Below are positions 56,606-64,000 of a stretch of DNA of 64,000 bases, piece by piece. Position numbers and translations under genes: made by a program. A model generated the notes under the pieces. It worked only from the letters and a program-made list of their open reading frames with translations, did not search any database and had not been told where the DNA came from. Numbering within the stretch: position 1 is the stretch's first letter; the number at the start of each line of letters is the position of its first letter. Origin of the DNA: Candidatus Latescibacterota bacterium (GTDB lineage: Bacteria > Latescibacterota > UBA2968); the NCBI GenBank assembly GCA_965204745.1, contig OZ242010.1, positions 2,080,001 to 2,144,000 on the forward strand, in the 5' to 3' direction.

Positions 56606-58141
56606 ATGAAAACGCATTTTGTGCTTTTGAACTGGCCGTCGCCCAGTTTTACCCCGCTCGCGGCTCAACTCGCCTTTCTCTGCCTGGTGCTCGGATGCTA
56701 CAATCCCCAGCGCGATGTGAGCATCGACCCGCACAATACGCCGATCATCCACATTCTCGATGCCGCTTATGACGCGCCCACGGGCAGGGCCGTCGTGCAG
56801 TGGGAATACCTCGGGCAGAAACCGGTCGAGAACTTCATCCTCCAGCGCGGGGAGACGTCTGTTTTCAGAAATGTCGCCCAGTCCTCTGGCGCGAGTGCCC
56901 AAGGCAACTACGCAACTGTGGGCGCGTTTCGAGATGGCGAGTTGATCGCGGGCGAGACCATGCAATACCGCGTGGTGGCCGAATACAGGGCGGGCGGTTC
57001 GGCGCGTTCCGATGTCGTCAAAGTACCCATCCCGGGCGCGGGCTTGCGCGAGATTCGGCGCGATCCCATCGCGCTCGCGGTGCAAGTCGTGTGGCAACCG
57101 GGCGGCGGGCTGAAATACGAGGTCATCCGAACGGTCGCAGGCGGGGATAGCGAGACGATTTTCACCACGCAAGACTCGCAGCAGACGTCCTTTTGGGATG
57201 CGTCAATCGCAGACACTCGGCCCTATCAGTACGCGATCCGGTCCCACCTGTCAACGGGTGTGCAACTCATCAGCCGCAGCGCGCAGGTGCAATTCTACCG
57301 CAATGCCGGACGCTACACCGTCGAACCCCTGCGCGGCGGAGAACGGATGCGGCTCGCGGCGACCAACATCAACGGCGAAGCGGACATGATCGCGCTCATC
57401 GGGCAGGCGGAACGGTTTTCCCTGTCGCGCCTTCGGCATACGCTTCAGGCGGCCCATCCGGCTATCGTGAGGCAACAAGTCGTGGAGCTGCTTTATTTGG
57501 ATGGCGGGCGCGTTCCGCTATCGCTAGACCTGGCGGGGCTTCCCCTGTCCGCAACTCGGAGCGCGGCTCCCCGCGTGTATTTCGGGGGGATCGATCCGAA
57601 TGGGCGCGTCGATGTCGAGGGCTTTGACAATAACATCGTTTGGCAATTGCCCGATCATTGGATCAGCCGATCCCCGCAAGTGCGCTTGGCACAGGACGAG
57701 CAACAGCGGGTTTACGTTGCGACCGATGGGCAGTTGCGCGTGTATTCCGCGGATGGGGATCGCTTGGGCGCGTTGGATTTTGCCCGGGGCGATCCGGTGG
57801 ATATCGCGGTTCACAATGGCGTGATTTGGGCCGCGTGGGCCAACCGGGTTCAGCGCGGGGTTGCGCGCTTTTCCAATGGGATGTTCGCGGGTATCGCGTG
57901 GGAAAATGCGTCCATTGAATTACAGGACGCCCCCATCGCCATGACGCTCAATGCCGCGGGGCAGGTGTTCGTGTTGCACCGCGCTGGCGTGCATGTGTTT
58001 CGCGCAACTGGCACGGCCCTCATCTCTTGGGCCTTGCCTCCGGGCGCGTACGCCGCAGGCGATGTGACCATTGGCGGGACCGCGCAAGGGTTCGTCCATG
58101 TCTCAAATGAAAATGGAGAGGTCATCGTCTATGTGCCGTAA
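56606..58141 (+). CDS. Putative lipoprotein with FN3-like and beta-propeller-like regions
   Basis: Lipobox LVLGC; VVQW...YRVVA and VVW...YQYAIR patterns; NHL-like repeats at the C-terminus. Confidence 0.7.
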   Translation: MKTHFVLLNWPSPSFTPLAAQLAFLCLVLGCYNPQRDVSIDPHNTPIIHILDAAYDAPTGRAVVQWEYLGQKPVENFILQRGETSVFRNVAQSSGASAQGNYATVGAFRDGELIAGETMQYRVVAEYRAGGSARSDVVKVPIPGAGLREIRRDPIALAVQVVWQPGGGLKYEVIRTVAGGDSETIFTTQDSQQTSFWDASIADTRPYQYAIRSHLSTGVQLISRSAQVQFYRNAGRYTVEPLRGGERMRLAATNINGEADMIALIGQAERFSLSRLRHTLQAAHPAIVRQQVVELLYLDGGRVPLSLDLAGLPLSATRSAAPRVYFGGIDPNGRVDVEGFDNNIVWQLPDHWISRSPQVRLAQDEQQRVYVATDGQLRVYSADGDRLGALDFARGDPVDIAVHNGVIWAAWANRVQRGVARFSNGMFAGIAWENASIELQDAPIAMTLNAAGQVFVLHRAGVHVFRATGTALISWALPPGAYAAGDVTIGGTAQGFVHVSNENGEVIVYVP

Positions 58142-58913
58142 CCTGATACTGATTTGCCTGGGGGTGTTTGCACCTGCCGCCGCGCTGGCGCAAGCGTTCG
58201 ACGCGCAACTCAAAAGCGTTGAAATGGCCTATCGCACGGGCGATTACGCTGGCGCGTACCAAACCCTGTCCCAGTTGCCCGGCCTGTTGGGCGTGGTGCC
58301 CGTGCTCGACCGCCCGACACAGCGCGACCGCGCGCAATTTTTTTTTTCGTTGGGGCGCATCCACATGGCATTGGGCGACACGGCCCGCGCACGCCTCTCG
58401 CTCGTGGAGGCATTTCACCTCTACCCCGAGGCCGACAAGGGGATCGTGAATCTCGACGAGGACCGCGCCCTCGCAACCACGCGGGCCCTGATCGCGGGCA
58501 TGCGCCGCAGGGTTCGGCAACAGGCCCTGCACAGAACCACGTCTTGGGGCGCGGCGGGTCGGTCCTTGCTCTTGCCGGGTTGGGGACAGCTCTACCGCGG
58601 GCACAAAAAACGGGGGTATGGATTTATGGGCGCGTCCGCCGCCCTCGCAGCGGTCTGGTTCGCGGCTGACCGATCCTATCGCAGTGCTTACAAGACCTAT
58701 CGCAAGACCCGGCGCAATGATTTGAACTTGGCACAACGCGGCGCAGATGCGGGCACAGATGCGTTCACCCAAAATTTTGAACGCGCCCAATCCCGCGCCA
58801 ACCGCGCCAATCTCGCGCTGGGCCTGCTCGCGGCGGTGTGGGTATCCGGCGTGCTGGATCACTTGGTGATCGGCCCGGCGCAGGTTTCTTTGGTCGTCAG
58901 AATAGGTGACTAG
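58131..58913 (+). CDS. Exported TPR protein with DUF5683-like C-terminal membrane region
   Basis: Signal peptide, TPR helix pair, RSLLLPGWGQLY motif. Confidence 0.75.
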   Translation: MCRNLILICLGVFAPAAALAQAFDAQLKSVEMAYRTGDYAGAYQTLSQLPGLLGVVPVLDRPTQRDRAQFFFSLGRIHMALGDTARARLSLVEAFHLYPEADKGIVNLDEDRALATTRALIAGMRRRVRQQALHRTTSWGAAGRSLLLPGWGQLYRGHKKRGYGFMGASAALAAVWFAADRSYRSAYKTYRKTRRNDLNLAQRGADAGTDAFTQNFERAQSRANRANLALGLLAAVWVSGVLDHLVIGPAQVSLVVRIGD

Positions 58914-58936
58914 CCTCCAAGGGAGCTCCCGCAACT

Positions 58937-61900
58937 ATGACTTTGATCCGCCCTTGCTTATTCGCCCTCGCGTTTTTTCCCGCTGTGGTCTTTTCCCAAT
59001 CGCCGCCGGCCAGGTTGGCTGTCGCGCCCTTTTATTCACCTTCCAATGCCGATTACGGTCTCTATATCGCGGACCGCATGGCTTGCGCCCTGCACCGCCG
59101 CGCTTATGTGCCCGCGTTGGGCCGGGCGCGGTTCGTCATGATAGAAACCGATGCCCTCCCCCCCGCAATGCAAAAGGCGATAGCCCAATCGGAAAGCCAA
59201 CTCGCCCCCGCGTTGCGCGAAGCCTTGAGAAAGCGCGTACCCGCCGCGTATCTCATGGCCGGTTCTGTCGCGTTCACCGGGATTTATCAAATCGACCTCA
59301 AACTCATCGACCTCCAAACCGGCGCGATTGTCTATCGGGGCCAAGTGCGGGACAATCCGGCGTGGGTGTGGACGCGGGCGCATCGCTCTGTGGGCGATAT
59401 TCCCACGGACGAAGTCAGGTCATCGCTCGGATTTGCCGAAGCGGAAACGCCTGTGCATCCGTCAGATGTGCCCCGCGACATTCTGCTACAACCGCTTTCG
59501 ACTGCGGATGATCTCGCCCTTGCCGCGGATTGCGAGACGCGCTTAAAACACGCCATTCAGCGCGATGGCTTGTTTTCATTGGTGCCGGGCGCGTTGGAGG
59601 ACGCACGGGGTCGCGTGCGGTTTGCGCGCATGGGCCGCGCGTTGCGCCGGCAAGCCGCGGAAACGACGCTGGCAGACGCCATTTTGACCGGCAGTTTGCT
59701 CACTTTGGGCAAGGATGGCGCGACGGACAATATCGGCGTGGTATTGCGTTTGATAGACGTGGAAACCGGGCAAATTCTGTGGATGGGCGCGTCGAGCGGG
59801 CGGCGCGTGTGGCGATGGGACAGGATGGCGGATATCGTGTCCGGCCTCATCGGGCGGCTCGCCGAAGCCTTGGCGCAATACGGCGCGGGCGCCGCAGAAA
59901 CCCAGATCGCCGCGTTGCGCGAGCGGGCAAAGGACGGGCGGTCATGGCACGCCTTGGGGCAGGCGTTTCTCGAGCGCGGCTTGTTGCAACGCGCCGAAGC
60001 GGCATTTGACAAAGCCATGACTTTTCCGGATGCACGGGCGCGGGCACACGCGGGCAAGGGCCAGGTATTGCTCAGGCGCGGGGGGCATTTTGACGACGGG
60101 GTGAAAGCACTGCGGGCCGCGATGCGCGCCGATCCCGATGATTTGCACGCTTACGCGATTTTGGCGCAGGCGTTTCTCGACCGGGGCATGGGCGATGGCG
60201 TGGGGATTGCGCGCGCCGCGATTCAGCGCGATTCGACTTATCACCCGCCGTATCGCATCTTGGGCGATTGGTATGCGGACCGCGGCGACCATCGACAGGC
60301 GATAGCGTTTTACAAGGTGTACTTGACGCGCCAACCCGATGACGATGACGCGGCGGTTCGGCTGGGCAGGAGCCTGTTGCGCGCGCACAATTACCGAGAC
60401 GTCGACCGGGTCATCGCGCCCATTGCCCGCGCAAAACCCGAGGCATCCGGCCTGTTGCCCATCGTGGCGATCAAGGCTATGCGCGTGAAAAATTACGCGG
60501 AGGCCACGCGGTTGTTCGAGCGCTTCCTCGCGCAAATTGACGCGCGCGAACGCAGGCTCTACGAGGATATTTGGGCGTTGTTATCCGACGGGGAAAAAGG
60601 GGCGTATCGCGCCATGAACGAGTTGGAACAGGGAAAGTACCGCGCGCGGTTCTGGCGTTCCAAAAATCCGAATTTGTCCAACCCATACAACGAGCGACAG
60701 CTCGCGCACTACGAGCGCGTGTGGCTTGCGCGCTGGGAATTTGGGCGGGAAAGCCATCCGTGGGACAGGCGCGGCGAGGTCTATATCCGCTATGGCAAAC
60801 CCGATTACCGCGCCCGATCCGGGTGGGTGCCCGAACTGCCGTCAAGGCGCGTGCAAGAGGTCAAGGAAAAGGTGTATCGGGAATTGTATCGCACCCCGCA
60901 AGATGGCGAACTGATCGGCCCGGTCTTTCCCATTCGCAGCGACCGCGGGTTTTCCGCAGTGGGTGCTGTGGACGACCGAGATGACGACCGAGACGGGGCG
61001 AGCATGGCAGAGCTTCTCGGCGATGAGACGCCCGACGAGGCTTACGCGCCCGTGACCATGCAGCGCGACCGCAGCATCGTGCCGTGGGAATCATGGGTTT
61101 ATGCCGATGTGGATGGCGGGTTGGTCATCGATTTTACGCGCGAATTGGGCGGGGTATCCGGGTTCGATTTCGCGCCCATTCCGCCGATTCCGCCGAGCAT
61201 GCTCAAGGACAATATCCGCCTTGCCGAACACGCCCCGGCCATTCGCTTTCAAAACGCCACTGTGAACCAGCCCGACGAATTTCGCAGCGCGCCGCGGTTG
61301 GCATTGGGCGCGTTTTACTGCGATTGGGCGGATTTTCGCGGGGGCACGGGCAAGACCCGCGTGGATGTCGCTTATGGCATCCCGCTCAAAAATTTGCTCG
61401 TGGTGACGGATGGGCAACAGGCGCGAGTGGTGGTCAATCGCGCGGTCGCGCTGGCCGATTCGGCCTATCGCGTGGTCTATCGGCAAGCGCGCAAAGTGCA
61501 ACTATCCGTGGATACCGCCCACGTTGAGACACGCGAAGTCGTGGACCTCGCACGCCAAGACGTGCCCGCAGGCGTGTACCACCTCACCGTGACCGTCACC
61601 GACGCCATGACCGGCAAACAAGGCGTGCTCAAGCGCGACGTGACCATCGACGACTACGGCGGCAACCACCTGCAACTCAGCGATCTCATGCTCGTCAAAA
61701 GCATGTCCGATACGCTGCGAGACGCGCGGTTTCGCCGGGGAAACTGGCAGGTCGTCCCCAACCCGCGGCGCGTGGTCGTCGCACCCAATCCACTCGGGTT
61801 CTACTGCGAGGTCTATCAGTTGACAAAAGACGATTTTGGGCAGACCCGATACCGCGTGACGACCGCAGTCAAGTCCATAGCAACGGATCGACGCCGTATC

Positions 61901-62098
61901 CCGGGCACGGCTGAACGCGCCGAGGTCGCCCTGTCCTACGAACAAGTGGGCAACAGCGATTGGGAACGCCTACCCCTCGAAGTTGATTTGCAACACGCAC
62001 ACCCCGGACAAAACCGCCTCTTCGTGATCGTCGAAGACCTCGTCGCCGGAACGCGGGTTGCCAAAGACACGTTTTTTCAGTATATCCGCAATCGCTGA
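58937..62098 (+). CDS. Large GWxTD-like TPR protein with N-terminal CsgG/TolB-N-like domains
   Basis: LAVAPF...LKLIDLQTG and LRLIDVETGQILW; TPRs; FWRSKNP...NERQLAHYERV...WDRRGEVYIRYGKPD. Confidence 0.82.
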   Translation: MTLIRPCLFALAFFPAVVFSQSPPARLAVAPFYSPSNADYGLYIADRMACALHRRAYVPALGRARFVMIETDALPPAMQKAIAQSESQLAPALREALRKRVPAAYLMAGSVAFTGIYQIDLKLIDLQTGAIVYRGQVRDNPAWVWTRAHRSVGDIPTDEVRSSLGFAEAETPVHPSDVPRDILLQPLSTADDLALAADCETRLKHAIQRDGLFSLVPGALEDARGRVRFARMGRALRRQAAETTLADAILTGSLLTLGKDGATDNIGVVLRLIDVETGQILWMGASSGRRVWRWDRMADIVSGLIGRLAEALAQYGAGAAETQIAALRERAKDGRSWHALGQAFLERGLLQRAEAAFDKAMTFPDARARAHAGKGQVLLRRGGHFDDGVKALRAAMRADPDDLHAYAILAQAFLDRGMGDGVGIARAAIQRDSTYHPPYRILGDWYADRGDHRQAIAFYKVYLTRQPDDDDAAVRLGRSLLRAHNYRDVDRVIAPIARAKPEASGLLPIVAIKAMRVKNYAEATRLFERFLAQIDARERRLYEDIWALLSDGEKGAYRAMNELEQGKYRARFWRSKNPNLSNPYNERQLAHYERVWLARWEFGRESHPWDRRGEVYIRYGKPDYRARSGWVPELPSRRVQEVKEKVYRELYRTPQDGELIGPVFPIRSDRGFSAVGAVDDRDDDRDGASMAELLGDETPDEAYAPVTMQRDRSIVPWESWVYADVDGGLVIDFTRELGGVSGFDFAPIPPIPPSMLKDNIRLAEHAPAIRFQNATVNQPDEFRSAPRLALGAFYCDWADFRGGTGKTRVDVAYGIPLKNLLVVTDGQQARVVVNRAVALADSAYRVVYRQARKVQLSVDTAHVETREVVDLARQDVPAGVYHLTVTVTDAMTGKQGVLKRDVTIDDYGGNHLQLSDLMLVKSMSDTLRDARFRRGNWQVVPNPRRVVVAPNPLGFYCEVYQLTKDDFGQTRYRVTTAVKSIATDRRRIPGTAERAEVALSYEQVGNSDWERLPLEVDLQHAHPGQNRLFVIVEDLVAGTRVAKDTFFQYIRNR

Positions 62099-62125
62099 TA
62101 ACACCCATTTTTTGGTTCAACTGAT

Positions 62126-62154
62126 TTGACAGCGATGCGCGCATTGCTTAAGTT
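62126..62154 (+). promoter_or_regulatory. Sigma70-type promoter candidate for the Uma2 gene
   Basis: TTGACA-17 bp-TAAGTT; conserved as TTGACG-17 bp-TAAGTT in the second copy at 63239. Confidence 0.6.
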
Positions 62155-62242
62155 TGTCACCGAAGAATGGATGGCCTATCGCCGGTGGCGGTTCGTCCGT
62201 TGGTCAACCGCTACCCGCCCCACGCTCACCGGGAGGTTCACG

Positions 62243-63118
62243 ATGACGACCAAATTGCCGGCGGCGGTTGATCCGTCGGTCGATCCCCTAGTTGAGAACG
62301 GCGTTTTTTATCCCGAAACGGACGGTGTACCCTTGCCCGATGGAGAATTTCAATATCCGCTTTTTCACACGGTTGTGATGCCGTTGCGACACCATTTCCG
62401 CAACCGTCCCCATGCCCGGGTCAATGGCAATACCTTCATCTACTACGAGGAGGGCAATCCCGCTCGGTGGATTTCCCCGGATTGCTATGTGGCGTTCGAC
62501 GTGGATGTGTCCCTAATTGAATACCATAACACCTATCGGGTTTGGGCGATTGGCAAGCCACCCGATTTTGTGATGGAGATCGGTTCGAAGAGCACGGCGC
62601 GGCGAGACATGAGAGAAAAGCGGGCTTTGTACGCCAAATTGGGCGTTGGCGAGTACTGGCGTTACGATGCCACAGACGACAGCGCGTTCTACGGCGAGCC
62701 GTTGATCGGCGAACATCTCCTGGATGGCGCGTATGAGCGTCTGCCCTTGAGCCCGATGCCCGATGGGATTTGGGGACACAGCCCAACTTTGGGCTTGGAT
62801 TTGCACTGGGATGCTGGCCGGCTGTGGTTTTACGATTCCGAGACGGGCGAACGCCTGCTCAGTTACGATGACCAAGCCGAAGCCCTAGAAGAGACCGAGG
62901 ACGCCTTGCAAGAATCCGAGGCCGCTCATCGCGCCGCCGAGGTTGCCCGCCGGCGTGAAGCCGCCGCTCATCGCGCCACTGAGGTTGCCCGCCGGCGTGA
63001 AGCCGCCGCCCGACAAGCCGCCGAGGCCGCTTTGAGGGAGTCGGAAGCCGCCCGACAGCGCGAGGTGGCCGAACTTCAAGCGCAGTTGCGACGGTTGCGC
63101 GCACAGCAAGGGGAATGA
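62243..63118 (+). CDS. Uma2 (DUF820) PD-(D/E)xK endonuclease-like protein with coiled-coil tail
   Basis: YPETDG, ISPDCYV, PDFVMEIGSKST..RD..EKRALY..LGVGEYWRYD; GGGAGG RBS. Confidence 0.92.
   Translation: MTTKLPAAVDPSVDPLVENGVFYPETDGVPLPDGEFQYPLFHTVVMPLRHHFRNRPHARVNGNTFIYYEEGNPARWISPDCYVAFDVDVSLIEYHNTYRVWAIGKPPDFVMEIGSKSTARRDMREKRALYAKLGVGEYWRYDATDDSAFYGEPLIGEHLLDGAYERLPLSPMPDGIWGHSPTLGLDLHWDAGRLWFYDSETGERLLSYDDQAEALEETEDALQESEAAHRAAEVARRREAAAHRATEVARRREAAARQAAEAALRESEAARQREVAELQAQLRRLRAQQGE
62921..63004. repeat. 42-bp tandem duplication in the Uma2 tail
   Basis: AAHRA(A/T)EVARRREA encoded twice. Confidence 0.9.
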
Positions 63119-63355
63119 AACCGCTATCAGGGCAAAGGACGGAAAAATGGAAAAGCCAGATTTTAGCGAAGACGACCGCATCTTGGCCGATCTGACCGAT
63201 GATACGGACGCTGATAAACCCCCATTTTTTAATCTGATTTGACGGCAATGCGCGCATTGCTTAAGTTTGTCACTGAAGAATGGATGGCCTATCGCCGGTG
63301 GCGGTTCGTCCGTTGGTCAACCGCTACCCGCCCCACGCTCACCGGGAGGTTCACG

Positions 63356-64000
63356 ATGACGACCAAATTGCCGGCGGCGGTTGATCCGTCGGTCGATCCC
63401 CTAGTTGAGAACGGCGTTTTTTATCCCGAAACGGACGGTGTACCCTTGCCCGATGGAGAATTCCAATATCCGCTTTTCCACACGGTTGTGATGCCGTTGC
63501 GACACCATTTCCGCAACCGTCCCCATGCCCGGGTCAATGGCAATACCTTCATCTACTACGAGGAGGGCAATCCCGCTCGGTGGATTTCCCCGGATTGCTA
63601 TGTGGCGTTCGATGTGGATGTGTCCCTGATCGAATACCATAACACCTATCGGGTTTGGGCGATTGGCAAGCCGCCCGATTTTGTGATGGAGATCGGTTCG
63701 AAGAGCACGGCGCGGCGGGACATGAGAGAAAAGCGGGCTTTGTACGCCAAATTGGGCGTTGGCGAGTACTGGCGTTACGATGCCACAGACGACAGCGCGT
63801 TCTACGGCGAGCCGTTGATCGGCGAACATCTCCTGGATGGGGCGTATGAGCGTCTGCCCTTGAGCCCGATGCCCGATGGGATTTGGGGACATAGCCCAAC
63901 TTTGGGCTTGGATTTGCACTGGGATGCTGGCCGGCTGTGGTTTTACGATTCCGAGACGGGCGAACGCCTGCTCAGTTACGATGACCAAGCCGAAGCCCTG
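63356..64000 (+). CDS. Second tandem Uma2 copy (partial, runs off the window)
   Basis: Duplicate of the 62243 gene at offset 1113, including promoter and leader. Confidence 0.92.
   Translation, partial: MTTKLPAAVDPSVDPLVENGVFYPETDGVPLPDGEFQYPLFHTVVMPLRHHFRNRPHARVNGNTFIYYEEGNPARWISPDCYVAFDVDVSLIEYHNTYRVWAIGKPPDFVMEIGSKSTARRDMREKRALYAKLGVGEYWRYDATDDSAFYGEPLIGEHLLDGAYERLPLSPMPDGIWGHSPTLGLDLHWDAGRLWFYDSETGERLLSYDDQAEAL

Noticed and set aside
6542-57172. Long antisense or off-frame ORFs such as 6542..7846, 11873..13378, 17702..19099, 19185..20528, 51456..52595 and 56036..57172
   Set aside because: They overlap well-supported genes, show no recognisable motifs, and are expected shadows in GC-rich DNA
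62243-64000. Diversity-generating retroelement template/variable pair
   Set aside because: Differences are synonymous and not adenine-specific, the whole gene with promoter is duplicated, and no reverse transcriptase is in the window

Overview
A GC-rich bacterial chromosomal segment with about 55 genes and one tRNA-Arg(CCT). The gene content (PhyH-family dioxygenase expansion, sulfatases, GWxTD proteins, Rpn and Uma2 nucleases, TonB, System I cytochrome c maturation) suggests an uncultured diderm of the FCB/Latescibacterota or Poribacteria type; this taxonomy is inference only. Housekeeping and catabolic genes (ccmE/F/H, hisA, thiL, apt, pgi-like, uxuA-like, GH88, CYTH-CHAD-ParA) are interrupted by short, AT-richer accessory cassettes that look defence-related and by a dense set of modular intergenic repeats. 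Main leads: (1) four tandem Fe/2OG enzymes in which the HxD iron-binding motif is replaced by HxA/HxG/HxN, the signature of Fe/2OG halogenases; (2) an Rpn nuclease with a perfect intragenic Shine-Dalgarno and in-frame ATG, a probable internal antitoxin; (3) an ABC-ATPase + TOPRIM-like pair bounded by 24-bp direct repeats; (4) a four-gene insert splitting ccmE from ccmF; (5) a ~300-bp repeated structured non-coding element; (6) a CYTH-CHAD-ParA operon. No CRISPR array, rRNA, intact transposase or integrase was seen. All family calls come from motif recognition by eye, not from database searches.
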